Virus record (IMG/VR): IMGVR_UViG_3300037418_001469
Source of the DNA: a virus
Direction: 5' to 3' (one strand)
DNA length: 64,000 nucleotides
In this document: in pieces, positions 21,360 through 29,794 of the stretch
How the letters are laid out: each line of letters starts with the position of its first letter
Numbering within the stretch: position 1 is the stretch's first letter
Notes under the pieces: model-generated
Told to the model about the DNA's origin: nothing
Seen by the model: the letters and a program-made list of their open reading frames with translations, nothing else
Databases searched by the model: none
Position numbers and translations under genes: made by a program

Positions 21360-21938
21360 ATGAGAGTAATCATATTGGAAGGTCCAAGATGTGTAGGAAA
21401 ATCAACGATTGCTAGAGCAATCAGAGAGAAAATTCCCGAAATTACGTTGGTGAACGCTACTGGATATCATTTGGACAATGAAGAAGGCAGAAAGAAAATA
21501 ATTGACTATTACTATAGTTGGATGAATATGATTAACAGTTTATCTAATACTGGTCACGATATTACATTTGTATTCGACAGATTCTTCTTTACAGAAAGAG
21601 TGTTTTCAGAGTTATACAAAGAGTATACTTTCGATTACTACGATATGTTTTGTGAGTGGCTAACTGATGTAGCAGAAGTAGATATCCTTTTCTTTACTAT
21701 TGATAATGTCGATGAATTAAAAGAGCGATTAAACAGAGATAAAGTTCCATTCGGAAAAGCAGAGGAAAGTGTAGTTGAAACACTCAAGCAACAAGATTTG
21801 TATGAAGATATTATGGTCGATTTTTACAGAGATTATTCAAGCGAATCAGCAAGATTACATACGATTGACACAAGTAATAAAAGTTTGGAAGAAATTCAAA
21901 ATGAAGTATTTAAAATAATTAAAAGAGAGGAGACTTAA
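21360..21938 (+). CDS. Deoxynucleoside monophosphate/thymidylate kinase-like
   Basis: ILEGPRCVGKST P-loop, FDRF, IDTS. Confidence 0.75.
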   Translation: MRVIILEGPRCVGKSTIARAIREKIPEITLVNATGYHLDNEEGRKKIIDYYYSWMNMINSLSNTGHDITFVFDRFFFTERVFSELYKEYTFDYYDMFCEWLTDVAEVDILFFTIDNVDELKERLNRDKVPFGKAEESVVETLKQQDLYEDIMVDFYRDYSSESARLHTIDTSNKSLEEIQNEVFKIIKREET

Positions 21939-21939
21939 A

Positions 21940-22695
21940 ATGAGAATTGGAATTGTATCAGATACCCATTCAAATGAACATGCTTTACGTTCTGTGCTAG
22001 AACATATGAATAGTGTCGGAGTAGATAAGAAAGTTCATTTGGGAGATATAGTTGGTTACGGACCGAGACCCAATGAGACATTGGCACTAACATTGGAACA
22101 TTTTAATTACATAATCAAAGGTAATCATGATTACGCTTGTGAGCGTGAAGAAAACACTTGGGGATTTAACCCTATGGCAAAAGAGGCTATCGAATGGACA
22201 GTAAATAAGCTGTCGAAAGAAGAAATCGAGGTGCTGACTAATCTGCCTTACGCACAGAACATTGGTGATACAATGTTTGTTCATGGTAGCCCATATTCTC
22301 CATTTGACTATATGGTTGACGAGAACGATGCCAAGTTAGCCTTTAGTAATGATGACTTTCAAGTAGCTTTTGTTGGTCACACACATGCTCCGTTTGTATG
22401 GTATGAAAAATCTATTGATAAGCCCGAATTTGAAAATACCTTAGTTCTAAACAATTATGGCATCATTGGTGCTTATGAAGTATTGTTGTCAAATAAAGGA
22501 AGAACAATTATTAATGTTGGCTCTGTAGGACAATCTCGTGATGGAGACAATCGTGCAACTTATGCTATTTATGATACACATCTCAATAGAGTAATCATTT
22601 ACAAAATCCCATATCCAGTTGACAGAGTAGTTGGACAAATGCAACGAGCAGGTTTTGATGAAAGACATTATCGAAGACTAATCTTTGGTAGGTAA
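21940..22695 (+). CDS. Calcineurin-like metallophosphoesterase
   Basis: SDTHSN, LGDIVGYG, GNHD, HGSP, GHTH, NVGSVG. Confidence 0.9.
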   Translation: MRIGIVSDTHSNEHALRSVLEHMNSVGVDKKVHLGDIVGYGPRPNETLALTLEHFNYIIKGNHDYACEREENTWGFNPMAKEAIEWTVNKLSKEEIEVLTNLPYAQNIGDTMFVHGSPYSPFDYMVDENDAKLAFSNDDFQVAFVGHTHAPFVWYEKSIDKPEFENTLVLNNYGIIGAYEVLLSNKGRTIINVGSVGQSRDGDNRATYAIYDTHLNRVIIYKIPYPVDRVVGQMQRAGFDERHYRRLIFGR

Positions 22696-22712
22696 TCGAA
22701 AGGAGAATCAAT

Positions 22713-23219
22713 ATGGATTTTAAGACACCAAAGGTGGTATGTGGAGTATGTAACGGAAAAGGTGGATTTAGAAAACTAAAAGATAATTTCCTTGATACAA
22801 ATTGGATTGATTGTGCATACTGTGAAGGATATGGTTTTGTTGATGACACTACCACCGAAGAAGAAGTAACAACACACCTTACATATAACCGATATAAAAC
22901 TAAGTTAGAATCATCATTCAGTATACTAGGAGAATTAAAGGTAGTCACATCAGAATCAGAAAAAACAGATATGTTTGTAAAAATTCTTCCATACAACAGA
23001 AAAAACTGGACTACCTTAATTAAGCACATATTAAAATTCTCGCATCATCACGATAAAATTAAAGTACTTCCTAAGCAAGCGTTTTATCATACAGATGATG
23101 AAACCCACTATATTGATTGGGAATTGCACATTACAATGCATACCCTAGAAGATTTAGATGGACTATTAGAACTAGTTCGCATGTATAATGACACATTAGC
23201 AGTAGGTGGTGGCATATGA
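22713..23219 (+). CDS. Hypothetical protein with CxxCxGxG Zn finger
   Basis: CGVCNGKG/CAYCEGYG. Confidence 0.6.
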   Translation: MDFKTPKVVCGVCNGKGGFRKLKDNFLDTNWIDCAYCEGYGFVDDTTTEEEVTTHLTYNRYKTKLESSFSILGELKVVTSESEKTDMFVKILPYNRKNWTTLIKHILKFSHHHDKIKVLPKQAFYHTDDETHYIDWELHITMHTLEDLDGLLELVRMYNDTLAVGGGI

Positions 23220-23986
23220 AATGTCTAGGATTAACATTCTTAGGAACTGGCAGTGCCTTCTCAAAGAAATTCGGAAATAACAGTGCGGTGGTTACGATAG
23301 GAGATAAGAATTTACTTATTGATTGCGGAAGAACAACACCAAATGATTTAGATAAATCTCAATTCTCATGGTCAGACATTGATGCTATTTTCATCACTCA
23401 TATTCACGGAGACCATGTATTTGGATTGGAAGAGGCAGGATTCATGGGTAGATTCGTTCTCAATAAAAAACCGCATATTATTTTCCCACATAAGAAGATT
23501 AAGCAAGACCTGTGGGAGAAAGTACTCAAAGGAACAATGATGCAAGGAGATTTAGACAGGAACATGACATTCGATGATTATTTTACATATGAAATTGTCG
23601 ATGAGAGAGAGCAATATTTCGAATTTAACGATGTAATGTTTTCTGTATTTTCAACACAACATGTCAAAAATAAAAAATCATATGGCTTAATTATTGGAGA
23701 GTATGATTATATAGTATATACATCAGACACACTTTTTGATAGTGAAATGGTAATTGCTTTCTACCAAGGTGGAGCACAAAAGATATTTCACGACTGTCAA
23801 ATGACAGATTACAAAGGAAAAGTACACGCATCACTAGATGAATTAGCTACATTACCAGAAGAAATTCGAGAGAAGACAGTTATTATGCACTACGGAGATG
23901 ACTTAGATGGCAATTTTACAAGAATTAAAGAATTAAAATTAGGAATAGCGTTGCCAAATATAACTCAAAAATTCGTAGTCAAATAG
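23216..23986 (+). CDS. apyc1: MBL-fold cyclic nucleotide phosphodiesterase, anti-Pycsar Apyc1-like
   Basis: GTGSAFSKK..NNSA, LIDCG, THIHGDH..GLEE, SDT, FHDCQ, HASLDEL, MHYGD match Apyc1 as I recall it. Confidence 0.75.
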   Translation: MKCLGLTFLGTGSAFSKKFGNNSAVVTIGDKNLLIDCGRTTPNDLDKSQFSWSDIDAIFITHIHGDHVFGLEEAGFMGRFVLNKKPHIIFPHKKIKQDLWEKVLKGTMMQGDLDRNMTFDDYFTYEIVDEREQYFEFNDVMFSVFSTQHVKNKKSYGLIIGEYDYIVYTSDTLFDSEMVIAFYQGGAQKIFHDCQMTDYKGKVHASLDELATLPEEIREKTVIMHYGDDLDGNFTRIKELKLGIALPNITQKFVVK

Positions 23987-24090
23987 AGGGGTAAAATCCT
24001 CTATTTTTATTTTTCCTTGTTTTTCCTTGACTTGTACCTATAACACAGTTTATAATACAAACATAATATAAAAGCAAAGGAGATGATAAG

Positions 24091-24747
24091 ATGGAGGCGA
24101 AATGTTTCTTTTCTAAATCTAGTAATATCTTATCCGTAGCTATTTTATTAGCAAGTCTAACGACATTCGGAGTTGGTATCTATGCTTATGATACCTATAC
24201 GAAAGACACACAAAAACAATTAAAAGACAAAGAGAGACAAATTGAATTGTTGGAAGATTCGATTTACAAAGAAAAAGGAAACACCCAAATTTACATGAAC
24301 AAGGTTGAGGAGCAAAGAACTGGTATATATAAACTTCTCAAGGAAAATAAAGACTTAAAAAAGAAGGTAACTACTTATAAAAATAAGAGTGAATCTCCCA
24401 CGAGACAGATACCAAGCAGAGGAGAGCCTGCAAAGAAAAAGATATATGTTGAAGCAACCGCCTACACCGCTTTCTGCGACACTGGATGTACTGGTGTGAC
24501 AGCAACAGGTCTTAATGTGAGTAATACTACTAAGCACCAAGGAGTTGTTGTTATAGCAGTAGACCCAAGAGTAATCCCATTACACTCTAAAGTAAGGGTT
24601 GATACCGAAAAAGGAGATAGTTTCCTAGCGATAGCAGAAGATACTGGTGGAGCAATTAAAGGTGGAAGAATTGATGTCTTGGTTTCAAATAACAGTAAAG
24701 CTATGGACTTCGGAAGACAAGGTGCTACAGTTACAATATTAGACTAG
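24091..24747 (+). CDS. Membrane-anchored 3D-domain cell wall enzyme
   Basis: N-terminal TM, coiled coil, ATAYT..TATG, AVDPRVIP, AEDTGGAIKG.RID. Confidence 0.85.
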   Translation: MEAKCFFSKSSNILSVAILLASLTTFGVGIYAYDTYTKDTQKQLKDKERQIELLEDSIYKEKGNTQIYMNKVEEQRTGIYKLLKENKDLKKKVTTYKNKSESPTRQIPSRGEPAKKKIYVEATAYTAFCDTGCTGVTATGLNVSNTTKHQGVVVIAVDPRVIPLHSKVRVDTEKGDSFLAIAEDTGGAIKGGRIDVLVSNNSKAMDFGRQGATVTILD

Positions 24748-24758
24748 GAGGTTATGAT

Positions 24759-24962
24759 ATGAACATGAAGGAATCCTACTTAGATGCTATTAACTGGCTT
24801 ACGCAACACGATAGAAATAGAATCATTGTTAAAGTTAAAACAGAAAAAGAACTTAAAGCATATCAAAAGTATTTTAGAGTGCAAATTGATAGCGATTTAT
24901 TTTTAGATGAAAGCTTGTATGATATTATTGAGTGGAAAATTGACCCTACAATTGAAAAATAG
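24759..24962 (+). CDS. Hypothetical protein
   Basis: RBS GGAGG. Confidence 0.55.
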   Translation: MNMKESYLDAINWLTQHDRNRIIVKVKTEKELKAYQKYFRVQIDSDLFLDESLYDIIEWKIDPTIEK

Positions 24963-25140
24963 AGTTGTCCTTGACTTTTTGTTATAATTCATATATAATA
25001 TAAGTACTTGGAGAGTTTGATTCTGACTTTTATTGGTTGGTGGTGGTTTTTATAGCCTCCACCTCCTTGTCAGTTTGTCCTTGACTTTTTTTTACTAGGG
25101 AGTTATAATATAAATATAATTCAAAGAGGAGATGGTCAGC

Positions 25141-25269
25141 ATGAAAAAAATAGACAAAGACCTAATGGCTAAAATGTACGTAGAGATGGGAGAAATCAAT
25201 GTCTCCATTTCCGAAGGAATTACAGAAGAAATCGTATGGCATAAGGAGGTAGAAAATAATGGCAACTGA
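25141..25269 (+). CDS. 42-aa MazE/EndoAI-like mini-antitoxin (not in ORF track)
   Basis: MKKIDKDLMAKMYVEMGEINVSISEG...; own promoter at 25081 and GAGGAG RBS. Confidence 0.6.
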   Translation: MKKIDKDLMAKMYVEMGEINVSISEGITEEIVWHKEVENNGN

Positions 25270-25522
25270 AAGAGAAGCAGTATTATCACTGTTGCTAGTG
25301 CAGTGTATCAAGCGACTTAGCAAGAATGGCAAACAAAAGGTACATATCACAAATGCAGAATTAAATAGATTAGTAGAAGGAAACTTTGAAGTTGATTTTA
25401 GCGAAAGCAATAGCGATAGATTTATTTTAAAATTAGTTAAAGGCGAACCGCTAGTTGGTCTCGAAGAAATTGTAGTTGAAGAAAATGTAGAGCTACCAAA
25501 AGAACTATTAGAAGAACAATAG
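25259..25522 (+). CDS. Hypothetical protein
   Basis: AAGGAGG RBS. Confidence 0.6.
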   Translation: MATEREAVLSLLLVQCIKRLSKNGKQKVHITNAELNRLVEGNFEVDFSESNSDRFILKLVKGEPLVGLEEIVVEENVELPKELLEEQ

Positions 25523-25564
25523 TTTATCCTTGACTTTTTATTATAATTCATTTATAATATAATT

Positions 25565-25900
25565 ACCGAGATAAGCGTAACGCTTAATCAATTAGGAAAC
25601 TGTCAGATGGAAGATAGTAGGGTGGCAGAGAGTAGCAGGTGAATGGGGTTTATTCCTGCCGAATAATTATGAGAGGCTAGCATCTCATAGGAAGTGCATA
25701 TTGGAGTCGGTAGAGGGATGCACAGGGACAACATGGGTTAAAGTGTCTCGCCAAATAATGTTCTACTCTCAAAACTACCAAAATAGCGAATGTCATGGAG
25801 AAACAGAGTGCCTGTAAACAAACTATGATAGCTATGAAAGTGAATGACTGGTTCGGAACATCAAGGAAGGGCAAGGGGCAAAGCTAACGTCCCCCTTCTA
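25565..25900 (+). ncRNA. Unknown ~335-nt structured RNA
   Basis: Own promoter 25530-25558, GC-elevated, multiple helices, no credible ORF. Confidence 0.6.
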
Positions 25901-26126
25901 ACGTAGAAATATCGTCATATTTGACGACATAGAAGGGAATGAGGAATATGAGAAAGTGTGAAAATTGCGGAAACGATAGAGAAGAGTATTTGAATCACTA
26001 CTGCAAGACGTGTTTAGATAAAATGACAGAAAATAACAGTGTAGTAATTCGAAAAGAATTGTGATACAAAATTTATCCTTGACTTTTTAAAGGTCATATG
26101 ATATAATATATTTATAAGATAATGAG

Positions 26127-26309
26127 GTGATTGTTATAAAAGAAGAAATTAGATATGCTTTAGAAAATTTAAAAGATGAAGATAAAATCAAGTCTTTCTT
26201 AGAAAGACAGTCACACGATAGCTTATATTATATATTTACAATGTTAGAATATACAGATGTTGAAACATCTAATCTATGGACAAACACATATAATAGTTTA
26301 TTTAAATAA
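26127..26309 (+). CDS. Hypothetical protein
   Basis: Downstream of promoter 26079; GAGG RBS. Confidence 0.45.
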   Translation: MIVIKEEIRYALENLKDEDKIKSFLERQSHDSLYYIFTMLEYTDVETSNLWTNTYNSLFK

Positions 26310-26314
26310 TATCA

Positions 26315-26381
26315 GAGACACTCACAGCAATCCTACATACAAACAATTCAATTGGTGAATATTAAATGTATATAGTGTCTC
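26315..26381 (+). ncRNA. ACAGCAA-stem RNA unit 1 (Y-RNA-like)
   Basis: GAGACACT-cACAGCAA...AGTGTCTC. Confidence 0.7.
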
Positions 26382-26392
26382 GTTAAACGTAA

Positions 26393-26485
26393 AAGACCCA
26401 AACAGCAAAACAATATAGTGCGATTGGTTCGCAATTTTTCTACTACGAAAATCTAAGAGGTTCAAATCCTCCTATAATGGGTCTT
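26393..26485 (+). ncRNA. ACAGCAA-stem RNA unit 2 with D/anticodon/T-arm-like cargo
   Basis: AAGACCCA-aACAGCAA...GAGG TTCAAAT CCTC...TGGGTCTT. Confidence 0.7.
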
Positions 26486-26505
26486 GTCAAACGTATCTAA
26501 ACGTT

Positions 26506-26610
26506 GGCACATACAGCAATCCACTAACCTATACAGGAAAGTTCTCTACATTATGTAGACTTTAAAGATTGCTCGTGAAGAGCACGAAAAAATTTATCAT
26601 AGCTAGTGCC
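26506..26610 (+). ncRNA. ACAGCAA-stem RNA unit 3
   Basis: GGCAC-atACAGCAA...GTGCC with three internal hairpins. Confidence 0.65.
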
Positions 26611-26669
26611 TAGTAAACTAGAAGTCTATCTCCCCCAAGAGTCCACGTCGACGGGGAGATAAAACGTCC

Positions 26670-26726
26670 AGACATTAACAGCAACACAAAACAAATTTTC
26701 TTTGGATGAAAAATTATAATATGTCT
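26670..26726 (+). ncRNA. ACAGCAA-stem RNA unit 4, abutting the RBS of the TROVE-like gene
   Basis: AGACAT-taACAGCAA...ATGTCT. Confidence 0.65.
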
Positions 26727-26742
26727 AGAAAGGATGATTTAT

Positions 26743-28254
26743 ATGTTAAACCACTTAAAAAATGAAACTAATGTAGCATATACTACTAACGGTGCTAAGG
26801 CACTAAAAACATCTAACTCTTATCTTGTTGATTTCTTCGCATCATCTGGTGCACTGAGAAATCGTTCAAAAGAAGATATTAATCAATTGTTCTCTAAAGC
26901 ATTTGCAGAGGATAAATTATTGGCTATGAAAGCTTTATTCTATACTAGAGACATTCGTGGCGGACAAGGTGAGCGTGAAACATTTAAAACTATTATTAAA
27001 CAATTAGCTTTTACACATCCAGAAGTATTAGCTAGTAATATTAATTTAATTCCCTACTTTGGTCGATATGACGACTTACTAGTTTTGCTAGACACTCCTC
27101 TTGAAAAATTAGCTATGTCTATTATCAGAGCGCAACTACTTGAGGATTTAGATTTAGAGGCTCCTTCGCTATTAGCAAAATGGTTGCCATCTGAAAACGC
27201 ATCTTCTCGTGAAACTAAGCGTTTAGCTAAGAAGGTAGTATATAATTTAGGATTAACTCCTAAGCAATACCGTAAAACATTAACAACACTTCGCAAGAAG
27301 ATTAATATTGTTGAAGGTTTGATGTCAGCAAAGAAATTCAATGAAGTTGAATACGATAAAATTCCTTCTAAAGCAGGTCTGATTTATCGGAATGCATTTT
27401 ACCGAAATGACGGAGAACGATATACTGCATTTGTTGATTCACTTGTAAAGAGCGTGGAAAATAACGACAAAGAAACTAAAATTAATGTTAAGACATTGTT
27501 TCCATATGAGATTATTGGCAAATTCCCAATTACTATGACTACAGCAAATAACCGTCGTCATTATAATGCAGTAGTTGGTCATGCAAGCTCTCAAGATGAA
27601 AAGCTACTAGATGCTATGTGGAAGTCATTACCTGATTTTATTGGAGATAATTTTGATAACGCATTAGCAGTAGTAGATACATCAGGTTCTATGCGTGGAT
27701 TACCTATTCAAGTAGCACTTTCTTTAGGTCTTTACCTTGCCGAAAGAAATAAAGGAATTTTCAATAATCACTTTATTACATTCAGCAAAAAACCTGAATT
27801 ACAAGAAGTGTTAGGTGATACTTTAGGTGATAAGCTAAGAAATATGTCTCAAGCTGATTGGGACATGAATACTGATATTCAGTCTGTATTTAGCCTAATC
27901 CTTAACACTGCAATTAAGAATAATGTTCCGCAAGAAGAGTTACCATCTAAGATTTTCATTATCAGCGATATGGAATTTGATAAATGCGTAGGAAGTGGAA
28001 ACAATAAAACCGTCTTTGGTGAATTGGCTAATGACTTTGCTAAGTTTGGTTATGTTATTCCTGAACTAGTTTTTTGGAATGTTAATGCATTATCTACACA
28101 TTTTCCTGTTAAATACAATGAAACTGGAACTGCCCTTGTATCAGGTTGTTCGCCAACCGTCTTTAAGAATCTACTTGCAGGAAAAGAAATGACACCATAT
28201 GCAATGATGCTAGATGTACTTAATAATGAGCGTTACGATATTGTAATGGCATAA
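26743..28254 (+). CDS. TROVE/Ro60-like RNA-binding protein with C-terminal vWA domain (DUF2828-type)
   Basis: TTNGA, FYTRDIRGGQGER, GRYDDLL, LAKWLPSE, MIDAS VVDTSGSM, IISDMEFD, VFWNV. Confidence 0.85.
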   Translation: MLNHLKNETNVAYTTNGAKALKTSNSYLVDFFASSGALRNRSKEDINQLFSKAFAEDKLLAMKALFYTRDIRGGQGERETFKTIIKQLAFTHPEVLASNINLIPYFGRYDDLLVLLDTPLEKLAMSIIRAQLLEDLDLEAPSLLAKWLPSENASSRETKRLAKKVVYNLGLTPKQYRKTLTTLRKKINIVEGLMSAKKFNEVEYDKIPSKAGLIYRNAFYRNDGERYTAFVDSLVKSVENNDKETKINVKTLFPYEIIGKFPITMTTANNRRHYNAVVGHASSQDEKLLDAMWKSLPDFIGDNFDNALAVVDTSGSMRGLPIQVALSLGLYLAERNKGIFNNHFITFSKKPELQEVLGDTLGDKLRNMSQADWDMNTDIQSVFSLILNTAIKNNVPQEELPSKIFIISDMEFDKCVGSGNNKTVFGELANDFAKFGYVIPELVFWNVNALSTHFPVKYNETGTALVSGCSPTVFKNLLAGKEMTPYAMMLDVLNNERYDIVMA

Positions 28255-28284
28255 TAAATGGAGGGGTAAAACCCTCTTATACGT

Positions 28285-28386
28285 GGAGAGCCTTGGCGGT
28301 GTAGTCCAACGAGACTATTGGTGGTTCGATTCCATCTGAAAACAGTGGCATGCAAATAATAGAGGGTTCGATTCCTTCCTCTCTCA
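28285..28386 (+). ncRNA. tRNA-like RNA with two T-arms
   Basis: GGAGAG/CTCTCT closing stem; GGTGG TTCGATT CCATC and GAGGG TTCGATT CCTTC. Confidence 0.55.
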
Positions 28387-28447
28387 AAAACGTGAATGGC
28401 ATATTTTTCTATATAAGCAGAAGACTAAGACAACACACAAAAATACG

Positions 28448-28562
28448 TAGACACTTACAGCAATCAATCCTACAGGCACTTTAGGTTGGAGGTTAAAATC
28501 CTTCATGACTGAATCAGTCATTAGCTCAAATGTTAGAGCAAAAGTTTTGGATGATGTGTCTA
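28448..28562 (+). ncRNA. ACAGCAA-stem RNA unit 5: circularly permuted tRNA mimic (YrlA-like Y RNA)
   Basis: TAGACAC-ttACAGCAA; T arm, loop-closed acceptor ATGACTG-AAT-CAGTCAT, D arm GCTC...GAGC; GTGTCTA. Confidence 0.8.
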
Positions 28563-28568
28563 GATAAA

Positions 28569-28640
28569 CACTCTATAGTATAACGGTTAGTACATGGCTC
28601 TCATAAGGCTATGGTGGAAGTTCGATTCTTCCTAGAGTGA
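28569..28640 (+). tRNA. tRNA CAU (Met or Ile2)
   Basis: CACTCTA/TAGAGTG acceptor, CTCATAA loop, TTCGATT T-loop. Confidence 0.8.
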
Positions 28641-28642
28641 TA

Positions 28643-28715
28643 TGCGGTGAGGACAAATGGTAAGTCACTAGTCTCATAAGCTAGAGATAGTTGGTTCGAT
28701 TCCAACCACTCGCAA
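28643..28715 (+). tRNA. tRNA-Met(CAU)
   Basis: CTAGT CTCATAA GCTAG; T arm GTTGG TTCGATT CCAAC; bulged acceptor. Confidence 0.75.
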
Positions 28716-28828
28716 TTGTAGGGTTGTAAGAGGTGAAAGTCCTCTACCCTTCACAAAACGTGTTGGTGGCGATTCTTAGGCTACTAGGTTGACAACCTTG
28801 TACGGTATACAGTGCAGAATAGTTGTTC

Positions 28829-28899
28829 GCTCTTATAGTATAATGGTATTACAGTTGACTTGTAATCATCTGATGGCAGTTCGATTCTGTCTAGGAGCA
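28829..28899 (+). tRNA. tRNA-Thr(UGU)
   Basis: Cloverleaf, loop CTTGTAA. Confidence 0.85.
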
Positions 28900-28915
28900 T
28901 CTTCGCCCATACGTA

Positions 28916-29224
28916 TCGTGTGAGTGACAGAGACTATACTACCGTCCGTACCCCCTGTATCGGGTCGATAATTGAAAACGGACAACCGCAATATCCAATA
29001 AGACCTAATCTAAGGCGATACACCTGACATGAGCACAGTAAAGGTTGAGGATAGAGGCAAGCTAGGTTGGTTTTTGGTATGAGCCTAGCATTTCTAATTG
29101 GTGTTGCACTACCTTATCTCAAATGTGCCCTATACAGATAGGAGGTCGTGCTCCTTATAATTAACCTGATAGATGGATGCTCTGCTCCCCATCGGCAAAG
29201 TTGGCAGGCAACGTTAAAACACGA
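28916..29224 (+). ncRNA. Unknown ~310-nt structured RNA
   Basis: TCGTGT/ACACGA closing helix and several internal helices between two tRNAs. Confidence 0.55.
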
Positions 29225-29232
29225 AATATCAA

Positions 29233-29303
29233 TGGGGTGTGGTATAATGGTAACACCTACGGTTTGGGACCGTATGTTGCGAGTTCGATTCTCGCCACTC
29301 CAA
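29233..29303 (+). tRNA. tRNA-Pro(UGG)
   Basis: TACGG TTTGGGA CCGTA. Confidence 0.9.
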
Positions 29304-29347
29304 TAAGTCTTTTATCATCTGTGCTTCACAAAACGTGAGGTGATAAA

Positions 29348-29779
29348 ATGACAAAGAAAATTGAATATGATACAAATGAAAAAGGTTGCATGCTAGTAAC
29401 ATCGCATTACAAGTCTAACACAGGTCATGTGCAGTTAAGAAGAGATGGTAAGGTGCAATGGTTACATAGATATGTTTACGAGCAAGAATTTGGAGAGATT
29501 CCAGAAGGAATGGTTGTAAGACATAAATGTGACAACCCATCGTGTATGAATATTGACCATTTAGAATTAGGAACCCATGTTGATAATGTCAATGATAGAG
29601 TGAAACGTAGAAGGTCTGCAACAGGAACTTCAAATGGTCGCTCTAAATTAACAGAAGAACAAGCTAGGTTTATCAAACACGACAATGAGTACTCTAATGC
29701 AGAGTTATCTAGAATGTTTAATATTAATGCCAAAGTTATTTATGAAATAAAACGAAATTTAAAATGGAAACATGTATAA
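29348..29779 (+). CDS. HNH homing endonuclease
   Basis: HRYVYE...VRHKCDNPSCMNIDHLELGTH.DN. Confidence 0.9.
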   Translation: MTKKIEYDTNEKGCMLVTSHYKSNTGHVQLRRDGKVQWLHRYVYEQEFGEIPEGMVVRHKCDNPSCMNIDHLELGTHVDNVNDRVKRRRSATGTSNGRSKLTEEQARFIKHDNEYSNAELSRMFNINAKVIYEIKRNLKWKHV

Positions 29780-29794
29780 GTGTTTCCTTACTTT

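Noticed and set aside
25677-25874. 65-aa minus-strand ORF
   Set aside because: Antisense to a promoter-driven structured RNA; no RBS.
25565-25900. RNase P RNA or tmRNA
   Set aside because: No GAGGAAAGUCC/P4 signature and no tRNA-Ala-like ends.
26315-26726. CRISPR array
   Set aside because: The constant parts are short and covary as a stem around the variable part, unit lengths differ widely, and there are no cas genes in the window.
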